Below are positions 1 to 12,904 of a stretch of DNA of 64,000 nt, piece after piece. The DNA lies in NCBI GenBank assembly GCA_964016885.1, contig OZ024743.1:47430001-47494000 (forward strand), given 5' to 3'. Source of the DNA: Eledone cirrhosa. Its lineage: Eukaryota. The notes under the pieces are model-generated. The model worked only from the letters and a program-made list of their open reading frames with translations, made no database searches and was not told the origin of the DNA. A program made the translations under genes and the position numbers. How positions within the stretch are numbered: the first letter of the stretch is position 1; the number at the start of each line of letters is the position of its first letter.

Positions 1-660
1 TAAACAATAAGGTAGGTATGTTGGAGTGTCCGTTAAACTCACCGCGGGGAAATTTCATTGTCAGACAATCCCACCGACGATAACTTTGCCTTTCACTTTC
101 CGGAGTTGATAAAATAAAGTACCAGCCAAGTACTGGGGGTCGATATAATCCACTGTCTCCTCCCTTTCTCCCAAATTGCTGGCCTTGTGCCAATGTTAAA
201 AACATATTATTATTAGGATTGGCAGTATCGGTAGAGGGTCTGACGCCATGCTTTTCAGCATAGAGTTACGGCCCTTTACGGTCTGAGTTCAAATCCCACA
301 GAGGTTAACTTTGCCTTTCATCCTTACGGGGTCGATAAAATAAAGCACCAGTAATACACTGGGTCGATTTAATCGACTTTCGCCTCCCTTTCAAATTGCT
401 GGCCTTGTGCCTATAGTAGAAATCATTCTTTGAGGGTGGTGGATTGGCAGAATCAGTAGAGTGTCGGACAACATGCTTTGCGGCATCGAGTTAAGGCTCT
501 TTACGTTCTGACTTCAAATCCCGCCGAGGTTAACTTTGCCTTTCATCCTAACGGGGTCGATAAAATAAAGTACCAGTAATGCACCGGGGTCGATTTAACC
601 GACTTTCCCCTCCCCCAAAAAATTTGCTGGCCTTGTGCCTAAATCAGAAACCATTGTTAT
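1..660 (+). mobile_element. Three tandem tRNA-derived SINE copies (first one partial)
   Basis: About 215 bp unit repeated three times. It has an A-box-like ggattggcagaatc, a B-box-like gagttcaaatcc and a core ctttgcctttcatcc..ggggtcgataaaataaagtaccag resembling the Meta/Sauria-type SINE domain. The same core recurs near 7.8, 13.3-13.5, 24.3, 24.9(-) and 28.7 kb. Confidence 0.8.
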
Positions 661-976
661 TGGTCCCCTTCTTGCCTATTGGCCCATGATTTCAAGACAT
701 CTCCACTTAGTATTATCCTTTGCTATTTTGGGTGCAGTCTGGCAGGACAGCTCCCTGCGTGTTTCACATTTTCTCTATGGTTCGATACTGCAGCACTTTT
801 GGTCTACTCCGTGTTTTTCTTTCCTGTTGGTTCCCAGTAAAGAAATGTGTTCCATGGCGGGAGGTAAGTCATGCGAAAAACATGCATAAGCCATTTCCGT
901 TGACTCGCCTCTATTAAGTCATGCATGCTCATTATTGCTGTTCACTCACAGTATTTTGTTACAGTTATTTAAAGTT

Positions 977-1578
977 CATCCTCATCGTCATCATTATCGT
1001 CATCGTCATCATCATCATCATCATCGTCATCATCATCGTCATCGTCATCATCATCGTCATCATCATCATCGTCATCATCGTCATCATCATCGTCATCGTC
1101 ATCATCATCATCATCATCGTCATCATCATCATCGTCATCGTCATCATCATCGTCATCGTCATCATCATCATCATCATCGTCATCATCATCGTCATCGTCA
1201 TCATCATCATCATCATCGTCATCATCATCATCGTCATCGTCATCATCATCGTCATCGTCATCATCATCATCATCATCGTCATCATCATCGTCATCGTCAT
1301 CATCATCATCATCATCGTCATCATCATCATCGTCATCGTCATCATCATCGTCATCGTCATCATCATCATCATCATCGTCATCATCATCGTCATCCTCATC
1401 GTCATCATCATCGTCATCATCATCATCGTCATCGTCATCATCATCGTCATCCTCATCGTCATCATCATCGTCATCATCATCATCGTCATCATCATCATCA
1501 TCATCATCATCATCGTCATCATCATCATCATCATCATCGTCATCATCGTCATCATCATCGTCATCGTCATCATCATCG

Positions 1579-1611
<33 letters not shown>

Positions 1612-1671
1612 CCATCACCATCATCATCATCGTCATCATCGTCATCATCATCGTCATCGTCATCATCATCG

Positions 1672-1739
<68 letters not shown>

Positions 1740-1855
1740 GTCATCATCGTCATCATCATCGTCATCGTCATCATCACCATCACCATCACCATCACCATCA
1801 CCGTCACCGTCACCGTCACCGTCGTCGTCGTCGTCATCGTCATTGTCGTCGTCAC

Positions 1856-1890
<35 letters not shown>

Positions 1891-1918
1891 GCACCATCAT
1901 CATCATCATCATCATCAT
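977..1918 (-). repeat. (CAT/CGT)n trinucleotide array, an expanded (GAT)n retroposon tail
   Basis: About 940 bp of CAT with interspersed CGT. It abuts ttaacgcccgttttccctgctagc, the reverse complement of the RTE-type 3' end seen at 21850-21883. Confidence 0.9.
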
Positions 1919-2871
1919 TTAACGCCCGTTTTCCCTGCTAGCAAGTGTTGGACTGGTCGTCACAGACTAAATGAGTACTCGGGAGAAGCTACTGATCTCT
2001 CTGACCGTCCGAGGGCCTACATAGTACATCGCACCATCACTAGGAAGGTTATCATGTCCGTTAATCCCCACTGGGTCAATAGAACAAGTACCAGTTAACT
2101 ACTGTGGCCGTTCTTATCTACTGTGTTTCTTCCATTCAGTTTCTACGTCAGAAATTATCGCTACGCAAAAATCAATTTTGGATAGGAGTTGAAATTAACG
2201 GAATTTGAAGTTTAAGACTTGGAGATGGAAACCTCTGTTAACCCCTTTACTGCCATATAACCCCTTTACTGCCACATAACCCCTTTACTGCCATATAATG
2301 GAATATATATCTCATGTGCTTCCATTCATTTTTTTAAATCAATAATTTGGATGAATTTAGTCATATAATGTTTTGAATGAAGATAAATTAAAAAAATATT
2401 CTTACATAAAATTATGGTAGTGATAAATTATGTTAACTTCAAAAACGTCTTTGATAGTGTACACCACCAGTCACTCTGAAAGATCTTCCAGATAGATGGT
2501 TTCTCCGATCAATATATCAACATTTTAAAGTCAATTTATCAAGACTCAAGCTGCTGTGTAAAAACAGTCAAGATTTATTGTTCTTTTCAATCTTATCGAG
2601 AGTGCAACAGAGATGCATCCAATGCCCATTCTTTTTCTTGATAATTTTGGATTACATTCTGAGAAAGTCCTTGGATACCTGTAGACAAGGTTTAAAGTAG
2701 GAAAGAGTAAAACTGGCGGAGTTAGTCTTTGCTACTAACTTAGCCCTTCTCACTAACAATTGCACAGAAATGCAGACAATGAAAAATGCCCTGGTTGGAA
2801 TAGCTGAAAAGAATGGCTTGAGAGTAAATATATCAAAAACAAAAATACAGAAATTCGTGTGTGTGTGTGTG

Positions 2872-3109
2872 ACAGCTCACACCTATGCAGGTTTAGCTGG
2901 CCTCCTCTAAGGTATATCTCGTTGGCGGTGTCTTGGATAATTTAATGATAGGGACTCAAGTCTTATCATCTTATTTCTACAGCTGAGTAAACTGGAGCAA
3001 CGTGAAATAAAGTGTCTTGCTCAAAGAAACAACACATCATCCGGTCCGAGAATTGAACTCACAACCTTTCGATTGCAAGCCCAATGCTGTAACCACTAAG
3101 CCATGCGCC
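2872..3109 (-). mobile_element. tRNA-derived SINE (second family)
   Basis: Reverse complement of 3585-3821. Head ggcgcatggcttagtggtt...gagttcaattc; (CA)n tail. Confidence 0.85.
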
Positions 3110-3187
3110 TTTCGTGCAGTGAAGCATATGAAGTTTCAGTGAATGTGGAAAAGATAGAAGAGGTTCGACATATCTTGGTAACATTCA

Positions 3188-3415
3188 GACAGCAGATAAC
3201 AATACTGAAGCTGACAGCAGATGACAATACTGAAGCTGACAGCAGATGACAATACTGAAGCTGACAGCAGATGACAATACTGAAGCTGACAGCAGATGAC
3301 AATACTGAAGCTGACAGCAGATGACAATACTGAAGCTGACAGCAGATAACAATACTGAAGCTGACAGCAGATGACAATACTGAAGCTGACAGCAGATGAC
3401 AATACTGAAGCTGAC
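3188..3415. repeat. 25-bp minisatellite, about 9 copies
   Basis: Unit gacagcagatgacaatactgaagct. Confidence 0.95.
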
Positions 3416-3584
3416 ATAAAACAAAAGATAGCCAAAAGTACTAGAGTATTCAACAGACTCCAATCAATTGGGTAATCAAAGAAGTTCACATCACAAACGA
3501 AATTAAGGTTATTCTGGTCAAGTGTTATCTCAACAACAGCCTATGCTGCTGGTACATAGAAGAGTACTGCCAGAACTCTTTGAC

Positions 3585-3837
3585 GGCACATGGCTTAGTG
3601 GTTAGAGCATTGGGCTTGCAATCGAAAGGTTGTGAGTTCAATTCTCGGACCGAGTGATGTGTTGTTTCCTTGAACAAGTCACTTTATTTCACATTGCTCC
3701 AGTTTACTCAGCTGTAGAAATGAGATGATAGGACTAGGGTCCCTATCATTAAATCACCCAAGAACCTCCAACAAGATATACCTTGGAGGAGGCCAGCTAA
3801 ACCTGCATAGGTGTGAGCTGTAATAACAACTACAACA
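3585..3837 (+). mobile_element. tRNA-derived SINE with 12-bp TSD
   Basis: A/B boxes and (AAC)n-like tail. TSD actgccagaact (3566-3577) / actgccaaaact (3838-3849). Confidence 0.85.
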
Positions 3838-4565
3838 ACTGCCAAAACTGAAAAACAGTTTGATATTTTCCAACAAGGATTCCTCCGAAAGATCCTGCGC
3901 ATTAGATGGCAAGACAAGATCATAAATGCCATACACCTGAGTTTTGTCATCAAGAGCAGAAGAATGCAGCTGGCAGGGAATGTCCTACGAATGGGGGACA
4001 ATATACCAGCAAGAACTGCTCTGTCATGGTTGCCAGCGAGTGAGAGAAGACCGTAGGATTTATCATCAGCCATAAAAAGACGGGATGGTCACGTTTGGAA
4101 CAGCTTTCATTGTGATTCTTCTCGAGACTGGCATTTCACTAAGCAACAAAAACAACAACAATTCTCAGAGAAAAATTAAAATTAAACAAAACCAAACATC
4201 CTTCATGAAATAACCAGACACCTGATAACGCAATGGTCCTCCCTCGGAATGCTTTTAAAAGGGTTAATTAGAGTAGATTAACAAAGCTAGAACAAAATAG
4301 CAATGCTGATGTCTCTAATTCATTTTAATTACACGGCCCTCAGCTTACTTCTCATTCCCAATAGGACATAAGTTATTCATAACATCATACAGTGACGTTT
4401 ACTTGATTTCAAAGTAGTGATCAACAGATTAAACTATGTACGTAAGTTGCTAACCATCAGGGATTATAACACGACAGAGGATTAAACTGACGGTTTCTAA
4501 ACTTACATACGATTATGAATGCGCGCGTGTATATTTATTTATATATATAATATAAATATACATAC

Positions 4566-4692
<127 letters not shown>

Positions 4693-4705
4693 TATAAATA
4701 TACAT

Positions 4706-4739
<34 letters not shown>

Positions 4740-4874
4740 GCGGAGGTTATATTTAATTTGTTGGGATTCAACAAGCTTAAAAAATTTTTATAACTCATAT
4801 AAAGCACTCAACAGTTTAGTGGAGTAAATACACAATATATTAATAACTGGAAACTATATTTATAAAACCATATT

Positions 4875-4940
4875 TATTTTATTATACGTATTTCAAGGGC
4901 AACCAGGGCAAATTATGGTGCGCTTTCATCAGATAAAATA
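4875..4940 (-). ncRNA. Type-I hammerhead ribozyme motif, intact core
   Basis: Minus strand reads tattttat-CTGATGA-aagcgcacca..tggttgccctt-GAA-ATACGTAT-A-ataaaata: 8-bp stem I, palindromic stem III, AUA cleavage triplet. Confidence 0.85.
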
Positions 4941-5051
4941 CAGATTTGTTTTATAAATAAATATTGACATACCCGGAAAAAAAAGACAACCTTAACGGTT
5001 GGAGCTTCCTGAATATATATATATTGGTATTGTTTATTACAAGAGTAAAAG

Positions 5052-5165
5052 AAACCAGTTTTAAATGAGTTCTCAATGCATGTTAATAGAGAATATGTAT
5101 TTTATTGACGTTATTTAACCCTTACAAAGAACATTCCTCACAGAGGTGGTTACCGGGTTCCTGCG

Positions 5166-5206
<41 letters not shown>

Positions 5207-5703
5207 CCCTCTCCCCACTCCACCCGCCACCACCCCTACACATCCCACACCCTTCCACCACCTGTTTTACCCCCCTTTTAATTTCAGTTTATTTTGATCA
5301 TGCTTTTATATTTAAATTTATTTCATTCCTTGTATTTTGATCATGCTTTATTTTTATTTTTATTTTTATTTTTTTCATTCGCACCGTTTCCTTTCGCTAT
5401 ATGTCTCTTCACCACTCCCCTACACACCCTTTGAACTCTGTTCCCACACACTTCTCACCTGAGGAAGGGCTTATGCCCGAAACGTCGTCCCCCACCAACA
5501 CCCCACTCTCCAGAGCGTGAAATTAATAAACATTCGTTGTACTGCCTCTCTGTTTTGTCCCTGTTCAAATTTTTCCATTATATATATATATATACGCAGG
5601 AACCCGGTAACCACCTCTGTGAGGAATGTTCTTTGCAAGGGTTAAATAACGTCAATAAAATACATATTCTCTATTAACATGCATTGAGAACTCATTTAAA
5701 ACT

Positions 5704-5708
<5 letters not shown>
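5052..5708. repeat. About 115-bp near-perfect inverted repeats around a (TA)n-bounded hammerhead segment
   Basis: 5052-5167 is the reverse complement of 5593-5708. Confidence 0.9.
5455..5490 (+). ncRNA. Minimal hammerhead motif (Penelope pLTR type)
   Basis: CTGAGGA-a-GGGC-ttat-GCCC-GAAAC-GTC. Stem I is only 2 bp; aataaa lies downstream. Confidence 0.65.
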
Positions 5709-5788
<80 letters not shown>

Positions 5789-5872
5789 AAAAAGTAAACA
5801 GAAATAACAAAACAAACGACACAGTACAATGAAGAATTATATTAGTTTTACGCTTAATATAGTAGGCAAAGA

Positions 5873-5908
5873 GCCTAACGTTTCGGACACTAGATCTTCA
5901 TCTGAAAA
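5873..5908 (-). ncRNA. Degenerate minimal hammerhead (family of 12079 and 22361)
   Basis: CAGATGA-agatctagtgtcc-GAAACGTT, with flanks homologous to the other two copies. Confidence 0.5.
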
Positions 5909-6004
5909 TAGAATCAGAAATTAAAGAAGAAATATGAAGATAGAGGAGATGGGCAGTGACATAAATGGCAAAAAATTCTGGGAGAAAAAGCAGGACACCA
6001 TCAC

Positions 6005-6088
<84 letters not shown>

Positions 6089-6224
6089 ATAAAATAATTT
6101 TTAGTAGAATTAATATAACACCCTTTATCACATGGATAACATATATTAAGACTAGAAATTGAGAAATATTTTATTATTATACCTTATATAGTTGGCCTTG
6201 TACCTAAATCAGAAATCATTATCG

Positions 6225-6302
<78 letters not shown>

Positions 6303-6314
6303 GTATATATATAT

Positions 6315-6393
<79 letters not shown>

Positions 6394-6894
6394 GGTAGAT
6401 GTATGTGTGAGTGTAAATACATACATACATACATACATACATACATACATACATACATACATACATGGTGGCTGCCAACTCGTTTTCGAGTACGGCCACT
6501 ACTTTATATCCATCTAGGAGAACCCCAACCGATGCGCTGAACGAGTGTGACTTTTTAGTCCAGCCAGTGACTTGAAAACTCATAGTGCTGGGCCCATGTG
6601 CTGGGCCCATGGTACCATGTGACGACAAGTGCAGAGAGATCTCGAGATATAAAGTAATGCCTGTGCCGTGAAGCTTTTATAGTGAGCAAAGGCACTGCAC
6701 AAAGCCAGTCCCACTCTCTTAACCAAGATGATATTTACCAAAAAGAAGAACAAGTCAACATCATTGGATACCATCAGGGTTGCAGGTGTTATATCAGAGT
6801 TTTCCTTCTCCTAGAATTCTGGCTTGTTTACATTTACCAATTTTATATAGAGAGAGAGCGTGGAGAGGAAATGAATGGAAGGATATATAGATAG

Positions 6895-7332
6895 ATATGT
6901 TTCTTTATTAGCCACAAGGGCACAAAAGAAGGAGACAAATACAAAGGGGAGAAGTTTACATACAATAAAAACGTGTAAAATACTATCACAAATCCAATTT
7001 AAAAATTAATCGATTTTCCCCAATAGGGGAGACATTTCATATGAGTAACACATACCCCCGAAAAAAATGTGCAACCCTCATCTCTAGGAGTACGAAGAGT
7101 TTGTACCCCTTTCCTCTCTTCCTCTTTTTCCTCAACCTACAGGCTGATATAGAGAGAAGACCCATTCACTCAGGCCATTCTCGCCACTTTCACCCACCTT
7201 TCATAAAACTTGCTGGGGTACAGCACCTCTCTCTTCATCCTGATTATTCTCCCAAAGTGGTATTTGAAAAAAAGAATCAGTTGTTGGCTGGAGAGAAAGG
7301 TGTCTGACCTCAGCCCTTTTAACCTCGGAAGG
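6895..7332 (-). mobile_element. 5'-truncated Tx1-like LINE 3' end
   Basis: Encodes KGLRSDTFLS...ERWVKVARMA, matching 57051-57240, plus the 3'UTR and aataaa. Flanked by (GATA)n on both sides. An inverted 3'UTR piece lies at about 7676-7762. Confidence 0.9.
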
Positions 7333-8289
7333 ATAGATAGATAGCTAGATAGATATTCCCACTCATTCACATATTTGTGTGTGTACCTGTGTACATTAAA
7401 TGCAGATATAAATTTAGAGTAACGTGGAATGTAAATGCAAGCACACACGCGCGCGCGCGCGCGCACACACACAACAATAAACACAACAGTATACACACTT
7501 TCGTATGACAGTGTGTGTGTCTGTGACTTTATAAATATGTGTACGTGAGTGAGTGTATTTCGCATAACTAGAATTTTTCTCTCTATTCTCGCGAGAGTTT
7601 GAGAATTCGTTGTCATGAGTTATTTTTCATCATATCTTAAGACAAAAATAATTTTTTAAATTGCATTTGTGATAACATTTTACACGTTTTTATTGTATGT
7701 AAACTTCCCCCTTTGTATTTGTCCCCTTCTTTTGGGCCCCTGTGGCTAATAAAGAAACATATATTAAGACAAAAATAAATATTCTTATACAGAAGGTAAA
7801 TTGGTAAAGTTGTGAGAGCGACAGGTGGGATGCTTTGCCTTACTTCATCCGACTATTTATTCTCTGAGTTCAAATCTCACCGAGGTCAACTTTTACTGTC
7901 ATCCTTTTAGGATCAATGAAATAAAAAGCTTACTAAGGGTCACGGATTGGGGGATTCGGTATATTGTCGGGCGAGATTATTGCGTTATATGATCCGGCTC
8001 TTGTCGACCTAAAGAGTGGCAAACTTAATCAGACCAACTTAATTCAACACCAACACCTCGCACTATATATATATATATAGGAAAATGTTCAAGACCCCGA
8101 CAGCAGAGCTCAAGCCGTCGAAACGGCTTGTGCTCTGCCGTTGGGGTCTTGAACATTTTCCTATTACCCACTCTACTACCCTAAGTATTGAGTACTCTGG
8201 TGCGTTATGGTCCACCTGGTTCCTTACCACACTTCCTTCGTTATATATATATATATATATATATATATTCCTATTCCGTATAACCAGTA

Positions 8290-8327
8290 CGAGCTGAGGA
8301 CCCGTTAAGGTGAAACAATTGTTCTCG
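8290..8327 (+). ncRNA. Hammerhead motif with weak stem II
   Basis: cgag-CTGAGGA-cccgttaaggt-GAA-ACAATTGT-T-ctcg. Confidence 0.65.
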
Positions 8328-8355
8328 GTATAGTGAACTAACTGTTGTGTTACCT

Positions 8356-8397
<42 letters not shown>

Positions 8398-8399
<2 letters not shown>

Positions 8400-8567
8400 G
8401 TATTTCCAGGCGCCGAAGATACTTCGTCCTCAGAGGACGCACCCTAATTTTGACAACCAAAAATTTGAAAAAAAATAATAAACAACTTTCGGCCTCCAAG
8501 ACGTATGATAGATTTTTTAGACTTATTTTATGAAAAAAAGTAGCGTCTTCGACGCCGGGAAATACGG
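8398..8567. mobile_element. Tc1/mariner (pogo-like) MITE
   Basis: TIRs ccgtatttccaggcgccgaaga / tcttcgacgccgggaaatacgg; TA on both sides, inside a (TA)n tract. Confidence 0.8.
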
Positions 8568-9271
8568 TATATATATATGTGTGTGTAAAGGTGCCTAGAT
8601 TAGTTGCTATTATAGGATGTTCGGCTCAAGGTCATAAGGTAGTGATTTCAATTCCCAGATAAGGTGACAAGTTGTGTCGTTGATCAAAACACTTTATATC
8701 ACGTTGATCCAGTTCACTGGAAAAGATGAGTTGTGGCCGTAATTCAATGAGCAAATATTATCAGGTTTCATACTGAATCTCCTTATTACGGTAAGTGTGT
8801 CTGTGGACTGCTCAGCCTCTGATACGTTGATTTCACGAGACTGCAGTTCAGTTCATTGAATCAACTGGAATACCCGTCGCCTGAAACGACGGAGGTCCAG
8901 CATATATCTATATTATAAAGCTGACGGCCGTATGTATGTAACAAACTTTTCGCCAAATGGCTGGGCCAAACAGCACCAAATTTGCACCATAGATGTAACT
9001 TTTTCCAAGGTAAAAGGTGAGGGTATTTTTGTCTACTAAATTTGGTTAAAAGATTAAAGATATTTTATTGTTTATTTAAATATTCACTTCTTCAAAATTT
9101 GCAAATGTCAACACTTCCGGTTAGCGATCTCTCTCTTTCTTAGTCCGTCTTTTTAGATAGATACATAGCTATAACGTCGCGTCCTTATAATATCTGTTTG
9201 TATGTCTGGTTGTCTGCATTACGAAAACCATTCTGTACATTGACTTCGTTATCTGTGTGTATATATATATA

Positions 9272-9318
<47 letters not shown>

Positions 9319-9877
9319 AGAAAGTATGACCCCGACGGCAGAGCTCAAGCCGTTTCGACGGCTATTTCTGGACTAAAGTAAGAGTTTTTTTAGTCTGGTA
9401 AATAAATAGCCGAACTTTTCAAGGGGTACTTCCTTATATGGGAAGATTGTAGTTGTCAAGAGGATTGGTCAAAATTTGTAGCAGACACAGAAAAGTCTAT
9501 CATGGCAGTGGGTGCGGGGTGAGGGTGGCCGAACTTGCCTGTAGAACAATAGGGGGGTGGGTAGAGCCGGTCAAGCGTTGAAGGTGAAATCTACACGGCG
9601 AATTCTAAGGAAAGTGTATGAAAGTAGGCCAGGGCGGTAGGCGAAAAAAGGATTCTTTAGAAAATGGAGGAGGGATGTTATAGAAAAAATGTTATAGTGT
9701 TAGTATCATAAATAAGAGACAGTTTAATTTGTACATTTTATTACAGCATTCCTTTATGCGTATATATACATACATAAACATGTTATTTACAGTTGTATAA
9801 AAAAGAAGTATAATTGCTTCTACTTTTCGCACAAGGTCAGCAATTATCCCAGTACATTACTGGTACTTTATTATATA

Positions 9878-10565
9878 CTAGTAGAATGGCCCGGCGTTGC
9901 TCGGGAATCTAAACATAGATTGGCATGTTTATCCCTCCTTTATGGAACAGTACAGAGAGGTACGGAATACCTCGGCCTGGGGATGGTGTCTACATATTGT
10001 GCTTATAAAAAAAATTCGTCGTAGATTACCAGGAGTTTAACTTAATTGGGTGCCTGATGGTAAAATGTTCAACCCACGAAAGCCAAGACGATAGGGTTAA
10101 ATAAAAAGGCATTCGACAAACCGAATATGTATTTGTTGTGCTATGGTACAATGAAAGCAATAGTTACAGAGCAGTAAACATGTGGGACTGGAGTGGTGGA
10201 GAGCATGAAGGAATTTAGTTGGATACTTTTAAAGTTACAGGCCCTAACGCAACCAAAACGCTAAACAATGCGGTCCCCGGGCAAAAATTTGCAATCTTTT
10301 TCAGTCAAGAACTTTCTGAAACATAAGTAATGCATATGCAAAGTATTTTTAAAAATCGGTTGGGTACATCTCGAGTTACAGGCCCTAACGCAACCAAAAT
10401 CCTTTAAAAAAATAGGTTTTTCTTCTAATGCGGTCCCTGGGGCAAAAAAATGAGAAAATCTTTTTTGCTCAAAACAATTTAAACGACATAAGAAATGAAA
10501 AATTTGAAGAAATCGCCTGAAAAAAATCGGTTGGGTGGTTCTCGAGTTTTAGGGGGACAGATAAA
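9878..10565 (-). mobile_element. Non-autonomous Helitron-like element (3' end at 9878; other boundary approximate)
   Basis: Minus strand ends cccgagcaacgccggg hairpin ... CTAG|T. Internal direct repeats gttacaggccctaacgcaaccaaaa. Confidence 0.6.
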
Positions 10566-11571
10566 CGTATGTTGTAAATGTTTTGTTGATTGTTCTTTCT
10601 TAATGGGGTTGATGCTGTTTCAGGGAAAGAGGGCGAAAGAGATGTTCAGAGATTTATGATCCAGTGACCAGTTGGCCGTTTGACAGCTAATAGCAGTGCG
10701 ATGGTGTGTATTCTATATGTTAAAATCTAGGTAGTTCAGTTCTAATTTTGGGATTGCTGGTTCAAATCATGGTGGTTTGAAGTTTGTGAATGTGATAGCT
10801 ATTTTATGTCTACAGAAAATAGATTTTTCTATTTTGCTGTTAAGCAGCATCCCATCGTACCTTAAAATATGGAGTAGTTCTAAATTACAAAGTCCACAGT
10901 GGGACATTCTGTTGCTGTAGGCTCTTGCTACCGATAATTTTGACCAGCTAATCTTATATTCTAGGTTTTTTTATTTAAAGCAGCCAGATTTTATTGGCGA
11001 GCGTCGTAGAGTTCTCCAGTCTACGGTTCTTCATTGAGTGTCTGTGGATGACCCACCTTTTCTTGAACCCCATCATCAACCCCATTAAGATAGAACAATC
11101 AGCAAAACATTTACAACACACGTTTGTCGAACGTCCCTTCACAATCCACCCTAGCCCGTAAATCTCATACATGTATCCCCCAATTAATCTCTAATTTATT
11201 GCTTTTTCTTTTTTCTTTTATTTGTCACTACATTAGACCCCCTACACGTATCTATGTATATTTCGAATCTGAATTTTCATGTTAGCACTAAACCCACCAA
11301 GGAATCCTTATAAGAACACTTACTCACCACCACCACAAACATACTATATACTTACATGCTCTCACTTATCCTTATTTATTTATTTATATTTTCCATTTTC
11401 TTATTTTCTTACTTTTTTAATGTATCCTATCTTATTTTTTACTTTTTACTTTTTACATCTGTAACTTCTCTACCTATTTACCATATATGTTTTATTATTG
11501 ATGTTATTGTTTTGATTATACGCTATTCTTCTATATATGTCTTGCCTCGAGTGAATTATGTTTATATCTAC

Positions 11572-11682
11572 GTACTCTGATGTGTTGACCAGAGGTAAAT
11601 AATGTATTGGAGATCGAGTAACTCAACTTCAAGCGATTAGTGACCTCTAGACTCACCTGATCAACGAAACAATTGTCAGTAC
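11572..11682 (+). ncRNA. Hammerhead with extended stem II (A9 mutated to T)
   Basis: gtact-CTGATGT-gttgaccag..(about 65 nt)..ctgatcaac-GAA-ACAATTGT-C-agtac, followed by aataaa. Confidence 0.75.
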
Positions 11683-11897
11683 TTGAAATAAAGCCCCTTA
11701 TTGTACAGCCAACCATGTTACTCTTCATTCTTTCACTATTATTACTCCAAGTATAACCTGCATAGGAATTACCGCGAACTCGTTGCATAACTATGGAAGC
11801 ATCTTATTGAGTCAAATAAAGCCGTACGTTAAAACTATCCACGACGCAGAGTACTCACAACCTCCAACTGGATTACCTATAACGATAACTTGTTATC

Positions 11898-11976
<79 letters not shown>

Positions 11977-12078
11977 TATATGCGTGCGTGTGTAAAAGGT
12001 AAACAGAAATAACAACACAATATGTGCAGTATATGGAAGGTATATATTAGGTTAACGCTTGATATAGCAGGAAGAGGG

Positions 12079-12114
12079 TCTTAACGTTTCGTACGCTAGT
12101 CCTTCATCAGAAGA
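12079..12114 (-). ncRNA. Minimal hammerhead motif
   Basis: tctt-CTGATGA-a-ggac-tagc-gtac-GAA-ACGT-T-aaga, with one stem II mismatch. Confidence 0.7.
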
Positions 12115-12209
12115 AAGAATGAGAAATAAAATAGATTGAGGGGACGGGCGGGATGAAATTGGAAAAATGTCTTTAGATAAAAATAACAGCTCCATTCATG
12201 TTGACATCT

Positions 12210-12245
<36 letters not shown>

Positions 12246-12839
12246 AGAAACACAAACATCAGGACAATTCCCGCTCTTCGGCTGTCTACGGCTGTCTACC
12301 GTGGGCTGCTGATGTTTCGACGCATTAAAGACAGTACATCTCACCACAGTGCGTTAATAACTACGAGGTATAGTTATTAGGGAAGTAAACAAAAAAAATA
12401 GAGACGATAGTGAAGAGAACGACAGAAAAAGAAAATAAACAGAAGAAAAAATAACAGAAGCAAAAGATACCGATAGAGAGGGGAGAACACGATTCAGTAG
12501 TACATATAAGTAGCAGTAACCAATGGGAGAGAGGGAGAAATTAAAAAGGAGACCGAGCGTAAGCCCTGAATCCTTATTAACAGCGCGGGAGAGAGCGAAG
12601 AGAAAAACGTCTGATCTTAGCGAGAACAGGCGCAAAGAGGGAGAGACAAAGGAAAACGGAAGTGAGAAAGGGGAGAGTGGTAAGGGAGCAGAGAGAGAGG
12701 GGGGAGATAGATGGTAAGAGAGAAAGAGAATAAGTGAGTGGGAGAGAGAGAGAAAGGGGGAGAAAGAAAGAGGTAGAAAGGAAGAAGGGAAAGAGTTAAT
12801 CCAAAATGGTAGGACATATATATGAGAGAGCGAGAGAGT

Positions 12840-12904
<65 letters not shown>

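Larger units (their letters stand above)
2440..4045 (+). pseudogene. Decayed RTE-clade reverse transcriptase, interrupted by two SINEs and a minisatellite
   Basis: Translated pieces FDSVHHQSL, YLGNIQ, KFTSQTKLRLFWSSVIS and FDIFQQGFLRKILRIRWQDKIIN, with stops and frameshifts. Confidence 0.7.

Noticed and set aside
921-2098. Long His-rich, Ile-rich and Met-rich ORFs
   Set aside because: Stop-free frames of a trinucleotide repeat; no coding signature.
3188-3415. CRISPR-like regular repeats (also 24438 and 55803)
   Set aside because: No unique spacers, no cas genes, eukaryotic context; these are plain minisatellites.
3585-3655. tRNA gene
   Set aside because: tRNA-like head continues into a SINE body with tail and TSD.
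4435-4510. Possible permuted hammerhead on the minus strand (GAAACcGTC...CTGATGG)
   Set aside because: Stem I does not pair and the core is incomplete; better read as a simple imperfect hairpin.
10600-10980. Possible old LINE zinc-finger remnant on the minus strand (CGLCNLE..H)
   Set aside because: Too degenerate to support by eye.
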